Notes: a model not told the origin generated them from the sequence alone. Counted from the first letter of the stretch, positions 49,482-59,900 are shown. The stretch: 64,000 nucleotides of DNA from an uncultured Spirochaetota bacterium (GCA_963745235.1 CAVUXE010000035.1:96001-160000); one strand, 5' to 3'. Program-made: numbers and translations.

Positions 49482-49712
49482 TCAGGCGTCTCCCGTGAGC
49501 TCCGCCATCTTGCGAAAGAGCGCGATCCTCTCCTCAGCCTCGGCAAGCGCCAGGATCTCGATGGCGAATCCGGCGTGGACAATCACGTGGTCGCCCGGCG
49601 CAGGGTTTTCCAGGAGAGACACGTCCACCTGGACGCTCACGTTCCCCTGGGAAACGATTGCCTTCTTTCCGTCAAGAATCCTGTCAATTCTCATGGGTGT
49701 TGCAAGACACAT
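49482..49712 (-). CDS. hypC: Hydrogenase chaperone
   Basis: MCLATP, GDHVIVHAGFAI. Confidence 0.95.
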   Translation of the reverse strand: MCLATPMRIDRILDGKKAIVSQGNVSVQVDVSLLENPAPGDHVIVHAGFAIEILALAEAEERIALFRKMAELTGDA

Positions 49713-49725
49713 GCTTTCACCTCTT

Positions 49726-52035
49726 TCAGCTTTTTCCGCCCTGGAACCAGACCTGGCCTACGGAAAGCCCGCCGTCTCCCGGCGGTACTTTCTGATTCAG
49801 GAAAACCTCAAAACCGGATTGTATCAAGAGGGGGACAAGAAGCTCGCGGAGAAGGAGGTTCTGAAAGACGCCTCCGGAAAGCGCAACGCGCCGGATCCCG
49901 GTAATTTCCCTCATGCGTCTTGCCCCCTCGAGCGACGCCGCGGCTATGCACTGGTGAAAGAGGAGCGCCAGCTTCTCTACCGGCGCGCTGTTTCTCCTTT
50001 CCAGGAGAAGCGACAGGAGGGGGCGAGGGTCCGCCAGGAAACTCCGCTCGTCACCAGGGGAGGGCAGGAAAGGAACGAGCTCCATCATGGTGGAGGCGGA
50101 CGGCTCTTTTCCATCCCCACGCGCCAGGAGTCCGTGACCCTCCAGCCGTATGGGTCCTTCTCCCTCGTAGCTGACCGTGTCCACCAGGCCCAGAATGGAG
50201 GCGGCGGCGTCAAAAACGCGGCCAAGGGATGTGGACAGCGGGCAATTGACTCGCTTCTCGAGCATGGCCCGAAGAATCAGTCTCTGCGCTTCGGACAGCC
50301 CGGGCACCTCTCCGGCGGGTGAGAGCAGTGCGAATGCAATCCTCGCCGGATGGAGCACCGCCGCTTCTCCGCCGGGAAGCGCAAACGGAGCGAAGCTGCC
50401 AAGCCTCGTGAAGCCGCCGCGGGTCGCATGGAGGAACTCACCTCCCCATATCGTTCCGTCGGTGCCGTAGCCGGTGCCGTCGAAGGAAAGAGCCAGCGCC
50501 TCCTCCAGGCCGTGCTCTGCCATGACCGACAACGCGTGGGCGAAGTGGTGCTGCACGGCCGCGCCGCGCACCGGATGTCCGCCCGCCAGCTCGGTCGGAC
50601 GGTCTCCGAGCGCCCATGCAGTGGATCGGTAGAGCGGGTGCATGTCACGAACAATGAGATCGGGAACTGTCCCGTAGAGTGAGAGAGTCTGCTCGATGGT
50701 GGCGTCGAACTGCGCAAAGGTCTCAGCATCATCAAGGTCGCCGTTGAACGGGCACAGGTGGACATCGTCTCCCCGGGCAAGGGCGGGGGCGCTCTTCAGA
50801 TCTCCGCCCAGTCCAAGGATCACTCCTTTCACATCCGAGGACAAACCGACGAGGCGCGGCACCCAACCGCGCGAACGTCGCAGGAGAAACTCGCCGGATG
50901 ACTTCCCGGCTCGCACCACCGAATCGTCAGTGCGAAAAACGATCCGCCTGTCGTGGACAAGAAAAAGATCCGCGACATCTGCAAGTCTCTCCCGGGCGTC
51001 GAGCGGATCGGTGATTATCGGCTCACTCGCCTTGTTCCCGGATGTCATGACGAGGTGCTTGTAGGGGACGGGGAGCAACGGATGAAGAAAAAGCAGCGCA
51101 TGCAGGGGGGTGTAGGGGAGCATCACCCCGAGGGTCTGGGTATCAGAAACCCTCTGCAGCCAGGATGGGCCGTTTGCCCTGCGCGGTGCAATGACGATGG
51201 GGCTTTCGGCGCAGCAAAGCAGCTCTGCATCCCTCGACTCCAGGACGCAAAGCTCGTGCGCTTCAGAGATGTCTCGCACCATCAGCGCGAAGGGCTTCCG
51301 CTCCCGCTCCTTCGCGCGGCGCAATGCATCCATGGCACGCCGCGAGGCCGGGTCCGCGGCAAGGTGAAATCCTCCGATGCCCTGGAGGGCCACGATCCTC
51401 CCCTCCGCGAGCGCGCGGATGGCGTGCCTGATGGGGTCCCCCTCCAGAGGGGTCCCTGAGGCATCCACGCATGCCAACCGCGGTCCGCAGACCGGACAGG
51501 AATTGGTCTGGGAGTGGAACCTCCTGTCCAGCGGATCGGAAAACTCCGCCTTGCACGCGGGACACTGCTCGAACGGGCGCATGGAGGTATTTTCCCTGTC
51601 GAACGGAGTCCTCTCCACTATGGAGTAGCGCGGACCGCACTGGGTGCAGGTGATGAACGGATACAGGTACCGCCTGTCCGCGGGATCCAGAAGCTCGCGC
51701 GCGCAGTCTGGACACAGGGGGAGATCCGGCGGAATGGGCGGGAATGCGAAGCGGTCCGCCGCGCTTTCCCGGATCGAAAACCCGCTTCCATCGCTTTCGA
51801 GCGGAATGTCGGATTCCATGACGGCTTCGAGCCGGGCCGCCCCGGGAAGCCGTGCCCGAAGCTCCGGCAGAAAGGAGCTGACGTCACGGTCCTGACCCTG
51901 GACCTCCGCTATAACCTCCGAGCGCCGGTTCTGAACAAACCCGCCAAGCCCCAGCCCTGTCGCAACTCGAAAAACCGTGGGGCGAAAGCCTACGCCTTGA
52001 ACCGTGCCGAGGAAGGTGAATCTCCTGCGCAGCAC
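49726..52035 (-). CDS. hypF: Carbamoyltransferase
   Basis: GTVQGVGFRP, CxxC zinc fingers, QHHFAH, DGTGYG.DG, GDGGLS.GQ. Confidence 0.93.
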   Translation of the reverse strand: MLRRRFTFLGTVQGVGFRPTVFRVATGLGLGGFVQNRRSEVIAEVQGQDRDVSSFLPELRARLPGAARLEAVMESDIPLESDGSGFSIRESAADRFAFPPIPPDLPLCPDCARELLDPADRRYLYPFITCTQCGPRYSIVERTPFDRENTSMRPFEQCPACKAEFSDPLDRRFHSQTNSCPVCGPRLACVDASGTPLEGDPIRHAIRALAEGRIVALQGIGGFHLAADPASRRAMDALRRAKERERKPFALMVRDISEAHELCVLESRDAELLCCAESPIVIAPRRANGPSWLQRVSDTQTLGVMLPYTPLHALLFLHPLLPVPYKHLVMTSGNKASEPIITDPLDARERLADVADLFLVHDRRIVFRTDDSVVRAGKSSGEFLLRRSRGWVPRLVGLSSDVKGVILGLGGDLKSAPALARGDDVHLCPFNGDLDDAETFAQFDATIEQTLSLYGTVPDLIVRDMHPLYRSTAWALGDRPTELAGGHPVRGAAVQHHFAHALSVMAEHGLEEALALSFDGTGYGTDGTIWGGEFLHATRGGFTRLGSFAPFALPGGEAAVLHPARIAFALLSPAGEVPGLSEAQRLILRAMLEKRVNCPLSTSLGRVFDAAASILGLVDTVSYEGEGPIRLEGHGLLARGDGKEPSASTMMELVPFLPSPGDERSFLADPRPLLSLLLERRNSAPVEKLALLFHQCIAAASLEGARRMREITGIRRVALSGGVFQNLLLRELLVPLLIQSGFEVFLNQKVPPGDGGLSVGQVWFQGGKS

Positions 52036-52110
52036 GGTGTAAGGATACCGGGAAGCGCTCTCGTTGACCACTGCCGCACTCGCGTGTACTGTGTCCGCGG
52101 GAGGCACGCA

Positions 52111-53175
52111 ATGGGGAAAGTCATTCTCAAGGCGCAGGATCTGGACGGATACCTGACAGCAGCGGACAAGGCCACGATTCAGGATATGAATGGCAGGTTC
52201 GACAAGGTGCTGCAGCGTTTTGCCGTGCTTTCCGATCCGTCCCGGGAGAAGGAAAAGGACAGGGCGACGGAAGAGCTCATTGGGCTGTACAACGAGCTGG
52301 GCCACGCGATGCGAGAGATCGTTGCCAAGGAGCCGCGCGTGCACGTCTACTCCTTCGAGACTCCCCGCGAGGTGCATGGGGAGGTTTCACGCCTCATCGC
52401 GAAGCTTCGCGACTCCCGCACCGAGAATCCGGAGTTCCTCTATTATACCCAGCGCGCGTATGAGCTGCTTTTCAATTTCGCCTTCGGCTCCGCGGCGGAC
52501 AGGAAGAAGAACCACATCGTTGTGAAGACCCCCGTCACGCTCCCCATCCAGAACTACGCCGTGCACAAGATTCCCGACGTTGACGAGCGCATCGAGAACT
52601 CGGTGATGTGCGTCATGCTGCGCGGGGCGCTTCTCCCCGCCATGATCATGTCGAAAGAGATCCAGGAGTACTCATCCCGTGGGTACGTCACCCCGTTCGC
52701 GCTGTTCAAGATCTCGCGAGATGACACCAAGGTCGAGAGCAACATGGAATACGTGCTCAACCTCGATCTCTCCTATTTCGATCCCGCCGCCCTGGACGGA
52801 AAGGACCTGTTCTTCGCTGACCCCATGAATGCAACGGGAGGCAGCCTCGTCACGGTGGTCAAATACCTCCTTGATCACGGGGTGAAGCCGCGGTCCATCA
52901 AGTTTTTCAACGTCATCTCGGTCCTCAAGGGAGCCTTGAGGATCGTTCGAGCCCTGGAAACGGCGGAGATCTACACTCTGTGGATGGATCCGATTCTCAA
53001 CAACAAGGCGTACATCCTCCCCGGACTGGGAGACGCAGGGGACCGCATAAATGGTCACGACAACGATGAGAGACCGCGGAACATAATCCAGCTCATAGCG
53101 GATTACGGAACTGCCATTGTCTCTCTCTACCGAGAGCAGGTGAGGAAGATCGAGCAGACGGTGCTCGGAGGCTGA
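52111..53175 (+). CDS. upp: Uracil phosphoribosyltransferase (long form)
   Basis: VMLRG, DPMNATGGS, YILPGLGDAGDR. Confidence 0.85.
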   Translation: MGKVILKAQDLDGYLTAADKATIQDMNGRFDKVLQRFAVLSDPSREKEKDRATEELIGLYNELGHAMREIVAKEPRVHVYSFETPREVHGEVSRLIAKLRDSRTENPEFLYYTQRAYELLFNFAFGSAADRKKNHIVVKTPVTLPIQNYAVHKIPDVDERIENSVMCVMLRGALLPAMIMSKEIQEYSSRGYVTPFALFKISRDDTKVESNMEYVLNLDLSYFDPAALDGKDLFFADPMNATGGSLVTVVKYLLDHGVKPRSIKFFNVISVLKGALRIVRALETAEIYTLWMDPILNNKAYILPGLGDAGDRINGHDNDERPRNIIQLIADYGTAIVSLYREQVRKIEQTVLGG

Positions 53176-53181
53176 GCGCGC

Positions 53182-53566
53182 CTACCCTCCGAGGTTCTCC
53201 CGCACCTTGTCCACAAGCGTGCGCGGATCCACGGGCTTTTCCAGGAACTCATTCGACGGGAAGGAAGTCCTCATCTTTCTTTCGGTCGAAAGAAAACCCG
53301 GTACGTGCCCCGACGCTGGTGACCATGACTATGGGAATGCAGGAAAGCTGGGGATCCTGTTTCATCGAGTAAGTCACCTGGAACCCTTCGTCATCCGTGT
53401 TCATCATGACATCCAGGATCATGAGGTCAGGCCGCGTCGAGCGCGCCTTGGTGATGGCGTCCGCTCCATTTGTCGCCCAGTCTACTCCGTAGCCCTCGGC
53501 CTCCAGGACGATCTTCATCGACTCGAACACATCCCTGTCGTCATCGACAATGAGTATCTTCTTCAT
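53182..53566 (-). CDS. Stand-alone response regulator receiver (frameshift near 53252)
   Basis: KKILIVDDD, ILDVMM, MVTS; FLEKPVDP in the shifted frame. Confidence 0.85.
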
Positions 53567-54054
53567 GGCAGAAGTCCTACCTCCTCTTTGATTCTCGCCC
53601 GCATCTCGGGCAGTCGAGCCAGGATTTGCCGGGAAAGCCCGCGGCCGTCTCCCATGTCCGCGCCCTCGATCCCCATGATCCGTACCTGCCCAGCGCACCC
53701 CAGGCCCTCCAGGAGGCTGAGCGCTTCCGCAAGGTCCGCGTCATGCGGGGACAGTCCCCCTCCGCGCGCCGTGAGCGCCGCTTCGCCGGGCGCGAACATT
53801 CGAAACTCGCCGGCCGGCAGGCCCATGTGCGCCGCGTCCACCAGGATGACCCAGCGGCCATCAACCGCGTGGGCCGCCGCCAGGAGACTGTCCATCCCCG
53901 CCGGAACCACGGCAATGTCCCTGGCGGCCTCGGGCACCCAGGCCCCCGCGTCAAGCTCTTCCCGCAGCCCTTCTACGACGAGGACGCCGACTCCGTCATC
54001 CCGCTTCTCGATGTTGCCGAGGCCGACAATGCTGACGGCCTGTCTGGAGCTCAT
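53563..54054 (-). CDS. Hydrogenase maturation protease
   Basis: VGLGN...DDGVG, LVDAA, SPH, GLS. Confidence 0.88.
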   Translation of the reverse strand: MSSRQAVSIVGLGNIEKRDDGVGVLVVEGLREELDAGAWVPEAARDIAVVPAGMDSLLAAAHAVDGRWVILVDAAHMGLPAGEFRMFAPGEAALTARGGGLSPHDADLAEALSLLEGLGCAGQVRIMGIEGADMGDGRGLSRQILARLPEMRARIKEEVGLLP

Positions 54055-55402
54055 TTCTGGGCGCCTCGGAACTCCACGTCCAGGAAATGCACCGAGCACG
54101 AAATGCACGGGTCATACGCGCGCACAAGCATCTCCAGCGTGAGAGTCATCTGGTCCTGGGACATCCCCTTGTTGATCATCCAGGGGACGAGCTCCCGCAT
54201 GTCATCGTCAATCGACTGCGTATTCTGCGTCGTCGGGATGATGCAGTTGGCCTTCACGATCTGGCCCCGGTTGTCATAGATATAGTCGTGGAAGAGAATG
54301 CCGCGCGGCACCTCGGTGGCTTCCGCGCCCCGGCCTTCGCGCAGCTTATCCGGGACCGCCGGCTTCTCATCACGGATTCCCTGTGCAAGAAGCTGGTCCA
54401 GGAGCCTGAGGGATTCCTCCACAACGTGAACCGTCTCCACCAGCTGCGCGGCGGTGTTGAGGAAGGGGTTCTTGACAATCGGCTTGAGGCCAAGCTGGTC
54501 CGCGACGCTGCGGGCCAGGGGATTCAGGAGGTCGAAGTTGTTGTTGAGACGCCCGAGGGCTCCCACGAAGTACGAGGAGCGCGCGTGGCGGCAGTGCTTG
54601 GCGGTGGAGTGAGGAACAACGAACTCATTGGTCACCGAGAGGTAGTCATCCACGGGCGAAAGCCCCGTGTCGGTGGAGGCGATCTTCCCGTCGTAGAAGG
54701 CGTACTCCCCGTGATCCCGGAGCCCCACGTATTCGGTTTCCCGCTCGAACGCCGGGAACTTGTCTACCAGGCTCTTGAGCAGCTCCAGGGAGGCCTTGGC
54801 GTCCGGCACCATCTGGTTGGCCAGCATGTCCCGTATCCACCGCAGGTCCCCCATGGACGGCAGCCTGGTGAAGCCGCCCGGCACGAGCCTGTTGGGGTGA
54901 ATGGTCCGCCCCCCAGCCTGTCGCAGATGTCGTTGGCGAGCTTCTTCATGCGAAGCGCCATCTTGACCACGTCCGGGTGTGAGCCTGCCAGGGGCACCAC
55001 GGAGGGCACTCCCAGCAGATCAGGGGCGGCCAGGAAATAGATGTGCAGGACGTGGCTTTGCATTGTGGCCCCGTAGGTAAGGAGCTTGCGAAGGAGCACT
55101 GTCTGCTCGCTCACGGGGATCCCGAGGGCCTTTTCGGTTGCCTTCAGGGAGGTCACCTGGTGGCCGACCGAGCAAATGCCGCATATCCTCGAGGTGATGA
55201 GGGCGATATCGGTGTACGAGAACCCCTTGACCATCGCCTCGAAATAACGGGGCGGCTCGACCACCTCCAGGTGGGAGGTGATCAGTTTCCCTTCTTTCAT
55301 GTCTATGACGATGTTCCCGTGGCCTTCGACGCGCGTCACGTACGGGACCTCGATCTTCAGAGACATGCTTGTCCGGGTGCCTGCTGCGAGGGTGCTACTC
55401 AT
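54051..55402 (-). CDS. hydA: Group 3b [NiFe] hydrogenase large (alpha) subunit; frameshift in a G-run near 54910
   Basis: TRVEGHG, L1 SRICGICS, EVPRG, L2 YDPCISCSVH. Confidence 0.9.
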
Positions 55403-56150
55403 CTTTCTTCTCCTCCAGCTCAACGTAGTTGGAGTTGAACATGTAGAATCGGTTCCTGATCTGGTGCATGGAAAGCTTGTATTTTTCCATCACGTCCCGG
55501 GCGGCGTTCTTGTTGAGGTCCGGGACGACCCCCCGGCAGCCGAAGCAATAGTGCCCGTTGGACGGGCAGGCCGCGTTGCATCCCGCGCGGGTAACGGGAC
55601 CCATGCACACGGTCCCGTAATCATAGAGACATTCATTTTCCAGCGCCTTGCATTCCACGCAGACCGCGTGCTCCGGAATGACCGGCTTCTTTCCGGTCAG
55701 GATGGCGGAGAGCACGCGCTTGAACTCCTTGTTGTCCATGGGGCAGCCCGGCACGAAGTAATCAACCTTCACGACATCCGACACCGGCTGGGCTTTGATG
55801 GAAGGGAATAGGTACTTGTCCGCCCCGTAGACTTCCTGCTTCACGGCATCGATGTCCATCCTGTTGCGGATGGCGTTGATTCCGCCGATATGCGCGCATG
55901 CGCCAAGGGCCACAAGGACCTTGGCCTGCCGCCGGATCTTGTGAATCCTTTCCACGCAGTGGGGAGTGCTGATGGATCCCTCGACAAAAGCGATCTCGTA
56001 GTCATCACGCCTGTCCGAGATGGCTTCCCGAAAGTTGACCAGCTCAACCAGGCCCAGGATGTCAAGGATATCGTCCTCGAGGTTCAGCTTCGACAGCTGG
56101 CATCCCTCACACGACGTGAAGTCGAAAAAGGCCACTTTCGGTTTGCTCAC
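55395..56150 (-). CDS. hydD: Group 3b hydrogenase small (delta) subunit
   Basis: TSCEGCQ, GACA..GG, PGCP, VCVECK, CMGPVT.AGC.A.CP, CFGCRG. Confidence 0.9.
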   Translation of the reverse strand: MSKPKVAFFDFTSCEGCQLSKLNLEDDILDILGLVELVNFREAISDRRDDYEIAFVEGSISTPHCVERIHKIRRQAKVLVALGACAHIGGINAIRNRMDIDAVKQEVYGADKYLFPSIKAQPVSDVVKVDYFVPGCPMDNKEFKRVLSAILTGKKPVIPEHAVCVECKALENECLYDYGTVCMGPVTRAGCNAACPSNGHYCFGCRGVVPDLNKNAARDVMEKYKLSMHQIRNRFYMFNSNYVELEEKKDE

Positions 56151-57010
56151 TGGATGGCCTCCTTCAGGTCCTTGATCCTGCCGTAATTGAACACCGGCCC
56201 CTCCTGGCAGACGTAGACGTTGTTGATCTGGCAGTGCCCGCACTTGCCGACTCCGCACTTCATCTTGCGTTCCAGGGACACATAGATCTGCTCATCCCGA
56301 AGGCCTTTCGAGCGAAGGGCGAGGATTGCGAACTTGTACATGACCGGGGGACCGCAAATGGCGGCCACCGTGTTGGGCACGTCCAGCTTCAGGTCCGGGA
56401 CGAGGGTTGTGATCACTCCCAGGTGACCGTTCCAGTCCGGGGCGGCGCGGTCCACCGTCACGTGGTATTCCAGGTCCTTGCGCGTCTCCCAGGATTTCCT
56501 CTCATCCCGGAAGATGAACTCTGAGGGATGCTTGACTCCGTAGAGAACGACGACCCTTCCGAAGTCTCCCCGCCTGCCCGGATGGAGCAGCGTGTTGATG
56601 AGAGAACGAAGCGGCGGAAGCCCGAGCCCGGCGGCCACGAAGATCACGTCCTTGCCCTGGAGCCCCTCCACATCGAATCCCTTTCCAAATGGCCCTCGGA
56701 TCCCGATCTTGTCTCCTGTTTTCAGACGATGCAGGGCTGAGCTGAGGTTCCCGACGTCGCGAACCACCATCTCGAAGGTGCCTTTCGCGAGCGGCGAGGA
56801 ACAGATGGAAATGGGTGCTTCTCCGATCCCCATGAGGGAGACCTGCACGAACTGGCCCGGCTGGTGTCCCAGGTCCCGACCCCCGGGAAGCCTCACTTCG
56901 AAGAGCGTTTCCAGGGCGGACATTTTTTCCACCCGCACCACGTCAGCGACCTCGGGAACGTAGATGTTTTTTTCCGTTGCGGCCCGGGCCGCAATGCTCG
57001 TTGATGCCAT
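56147..57010 (-). CDS. hydG: Group 3b hydrogenase gamma (FAD/NAD(P)) subunit
   Basis: PGQFV, GEAPIS, RGPFG, CGPP.M, MKCG.GKCGHC. Confidence 0.9.
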   Translation of the reverse strand: MASTSIAARAATEKNIYVPEVADVVRVEKMSALETLFEVRLPGGRDLGHQPGQFVQVSLMGIGEAPISICSSPLAKGTFEMVVRDVGNLSSALHRLKTGDKIGIRGPFGKGFDVEGLQGKDVIFVAAGLGLPPLRSLINTLLHPGRRGDFGRVVVLYGVKHPSEFIFRDERKSWETRKDLEYHVTVDRAAPDWNGHLGVITTLVPDLKLDVPNTVAAICGPPVMYKFAILALRSKGLRDEQIYVSLERKMKCGVGKCGHCQINNVYVCQEGPVFNYGRIKDLKEAIQ

Positions 57011-57021
57011 CGCCTTACCTC

Positions 57022-58011
57022 CTACAGAAGGGCGTTCATCACGTCGACGATGTTTATCTGCGCCGTGCACTGACGAACGCACCTTCCGCAGCCGACACAG
57101 AACGGCTGCCCTTTCCCGTCGGTGATATAGGCGAACTTCCGCGACATGCGGTGACGCACGCGGTCATGGCGCTTGTCCCGGAAGGCTTCTCCACCTGCCA
57201 CCTTTGTGAAGTCGAGGAACTGGCAGGAATCCCACGCGCGGATGCGAGAGCCCTTGTCCGTGCCCAGCACGACCTGGTCATCCACGTCGAAGCAGTAGCA
57301 TGTTGGACAACAGACGTTGCAGGTTCCGCACGAATGGCACTTCCTGGCCGTTTCCTTCCAGACGGGGTGATTGTATGCCCCATGGAATATCTCCCGAATG
57401 CCGGCAATGGACTGTTTGAGCTTGTTCTTGAAATGAACCACGGGATCCCCGGGACAGTCGCAGTCCACCAGGAGCTCCTTGATGGCGGTAGCCACGTCCC
57501 TGCCCCGGTCCGTCAGAGCTTCCACGCGGTAGTGATCATCGAAGCGCGTCAGGAACGCATCAAAGCCGTCCTTCATGCTCGTCGGGACGCCCACCGAGTC
57601 CGCGAAGTGGAAGGAATCCGGCTCATACGTTACGCCGACGAATACCGAATTGCGTCTGCGCTCTATCCATGTGCTGTCTTTGACCCCTGAGGTGAAGGCA
57701 TGGTCAAGTCTGAAGACGCCCTGGAGCTCGTAGTTGTGGATCCCGAAGTACAGCGTCGGCTTGCTCTCCAGCTGAGGTACTGATACTGCCTGGGTCTTCC
57801 TGTCGAACGTGAAAATCACGTCGGACGGCGGTAGGAAGAACTTCTTGAGGGGCAGAATGGTGGTTGGGTAGTCCAGAGTCACCTGGGACGGTTCCTGGAC
57901 GGCGGCAAAGACGAAGCTCTTGCCTTTTGGCGTTGCGGCTACGATCTGGTACTTTTTGCTGAGGAGGGTAACCGCCTCAGATACTTTTGACCTGGGGATG
58001 GCCCGCTGCAT
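57022..58011 (-). CDS. hydB: Group 3b hydrogenase beta (4Fe-4S) subunit
   Basis: CHSCGTCNVCCPTCYCF, WDSC, CVGCGRC. Confidence 0.9.
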   Translation of the reverse strand: MQRAIPRSKVSEAVTLLSKKYQIVAATPKGKSFVFAAVQEPSQVTLDYPTTILPLKKFFLPPSDVIFTFDRKTQAVSVPQLESKPTLYFGIHNYELQGVFRLDHAFTSGVKDSTWIERRRNSVFVGVTYEPDSFHFADSVGVPTSMKDGFDAFLTRFDDHYRVEALTDRGRDVATAIKELLVDCDCPGDPVVHFKNKLKQSIAGIREIFHGAYNHPVWKETARKCHSCGTCNVCCPTCYCFDVDDQVVLGTDKGSRIRAWDSCQFLDFTKVAGGEAFRDKRHDRVRHRMSRKFAYITDGKGQPFCVGCGRCVRQCTAQINIVDVMNALL

Positions 58012-58047
58012 GTGTTGCGCCTCCTGGGTCTTTGTTGATCTTGACCT

Positions 58048-58076
58048 ATTTGATCATTTATTAACGATTTTGTCAA
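58048..58076 (-). promoter_or_regulatory. hydB promoter (-35 TTGACA) overlapped by a Rex-like palindrome
   Basis: TGTCAA at 58071-58076; TTGATCA-TTTA-TTAACGA at 58050-58067. Confidence 0.5.
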
Positions 58077-58144
58077 GTATTCGCGATAAAGATCACGACA
58101 TAACGTCTATGGATTGCTTGTCCTTTGGTTTTCTGTTTGATATC

Positions 58145-58810
58145 ATGCGCGCCACTATGGCACTGTTCCTGATCGGCTCTCTTCCTCTTTTCTTCCTTCT
58201 TTTCGTCTGGCTTCCGTGGAGTCCGAAAAGGGCGCCCGAAGCGTCTTTTGTGGTTGGGACGTTCCTCAAAGGCGTCCTCATGTTCTTTCCCGGGTACCTG
58301 GTCCTCCTGATAGCGCGGAGGATCTTCGGTTTTTCGTACTCCGGATTCCTTCTTTTCCTGTCCCTTCTCCAACGCGATCAGCTGTTTCCGCTGCTTGCAG
58401 GCATGGGCTGCCTGCTGATCCTGACGAGCAAGCTTCAGATCTCGGGGATAGAAGAAGAGAATTTTCTCGGCGTTTTCGCTTTCCTCGCGGGCTTCCTGGC
58501 CATGGAGAACATTGCAGACCTTGTTCGTGCATGGGGGAACTGGAGCTCGTACATCCTGTTCCTGCTCCCTATTCAGAGGCTTTCCATCGTGCTTCTTGTT
58601 TCCCTGGTCGCTCGAAGGTTCTTTCCCTGGGAGGGGCGGGACGCGGCCTTCTTCCTTGCCACAGGCGCGGCACTTGCCGTTGGCTTGACCGTCCCCGCGT
58701 TCCTTTTCTTTATCGATCGCGAGGGCTGGTCGATACTGCTGACGGTGCTGCCGCTGTTCGCGGCCGTGATTTCCTTTGCGATGCGTTTCCCGCGGGTGCT
58801 TCGGGCCTAG
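58145..58810 (+). CDS. Multi-pass membrane protein
   Basis: About 7 hydrophobic segments. Confidence 0.7.
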   Translation: MRATMALFLIGSLPLFFLLFVWLPWSPKRAPEASFVVGTFLKGVLMFFPGYLVLLIARRIFGFSYSGFLLFLSLLQRDQLFPLLAGMGCLLILTSKLQISGIEEENFLGVFAFLAGFLAMENIADLVRAWGNWSSYILFLLPIQRLSIVLLVSLVARRFFPWEGRDAAFFLATGAALAVGLTVPAFLFFIDREGWSILLTVLPLFAAVISFAMRFPRVLRA

Positions 58811-58840
58811 ACCCTGGCTTCGGCCAACCACGTTGGCGTG

Positions 58841-58916
58841 GAACGGGTACCGCGTGCTCGCCGAACGGGTACGGCGTATTCGCCGAACGGGTACTCCCGT
58901 ACTCCCGTACTCCGTA
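58841..58916. repeat. Short tandem repeats (GAACGGGTAC x3, then TACTCC(C)G x3) between convergent genes
   Basis: Read directly; period about 22 bp. Confidence 0.6.
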
Positions 58917-58928
58917 GTCGCGTATCCC

Positions 58929-59900
58929 CTACGCGTTTCCCGCGCTGCCCACCACTTCCTTGTTCTTGCGCTCTATAAGCTTGGTGAGCTCATCACGCGC
59001 AGGCCCGAGGTAGTTGCGCGGATCGAACCCCTTGGGATCCTCTGCGAACGCCTTGCGGATCATGGCCGTCATGACCAGCCTGCCATCCGAGTCGATGTTT
59101 ATCTTGCAGACGGCTGACCGTGCGGCCCTGCGGAGCTGTTCTTCCGGGATCCCGACCGCCCCGTCCAGTTTCCCGCCGTATTTGTTGATGATATCAACAT
59201 ACTCCTTCACGACCGACGACGCTCCGTGAAGGACAATGGGGAAACCAGGAATCCGCCGCTCCACTTCCTCGAGGATGTCGAAACGCAGCGTCGGCATGGG
59301 ATCACCGGGCTTGAGCTTGAACTTGTACGCGCCGTGCGAGGTGCCAATCGAGATGGCCAGGCTGTCAACGCCGGTCTTCTTCACGAAGTCCTCCACGTCG
59401 TTCGGGTCTGTGTAGTGGGATTTCTCCGATGCAACCTCGTCTTCAATGCCGGCAAGGACGCCCAGCTCACCCTCCACGGTCACGTCGTGGGTATGGGCAA
59501 ACTGCACCACCTTCTTCGTGACCTCCACGTTCTTGTCATAGGGCAGGGACGAGCCGTCTATCATGACCGACGAGAATCCGCTTTCGATGCACGAAACACA
59601 CAGCTCGTAGGAGTCTCCATGATCGAGGTGAAGGGCAACAGGGATGGTGAGACCTGCGGCCTTGATCATCTCCATGGCTCCCTGGGCCATGTACTGCAGG
59701 AGGACCTGGTTGGCGTACTTCCGAGCGCCCTTGGAAACCTGGAGGATGACCGGGGACCGGCTGTTCATGCATCCCTGGATGATGGCCTGCAGCTGCTCCA
59801 TGTTGTTGAAGTTGTATGCGGGAATGGCGTATTTGCCTGCCATTGCCTTGCGGAACATTTCTCGAGTGTTCACGAGACCGAGCTCTTTGTAGCTGACCAT
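58929..59900 (-). CDS. fba: Class II fructose-bisphosphate aldolase
   Basis: LHLDHG, VEGELG, GTSHGAYK, VLHGAS, KINIDSD, FDPR. Confidence 0.95.
   Translation of the reverse strand: MVSYKELGLVNTREMFRKAMAGKYAIPAYNFNNMEQLQAIIQGCMNSRSPVILQVSKGARKYANQVLLQYMAQGAMEMIKAAGLTIPVALHLDHGDSYELCVSCIESGFSSVMIDGSSLPYDKNVEVTKKVVQFAHTHDVTVEGELGVLAGIEDEVASEKSHYTDPNDVEDFVKKTGVDSLAISIGTSHGAYKFKLKPGDPMPTLRFDILEEVERRIPGFPIVLHGASSVVKEYVDIINKYGGKLDGAVGIPEEQLRRAARSAVCKINIDSDGRLVMTAMIRKAFAEDPKGFDPRNYLGPARDELTKLIERKNKEVVGSAGNA

Noticed and set aside
58841-58916. Mini-CRISPR or iterons
   Set aside because: Too short, with near-identical spacers; simple repeat expansion
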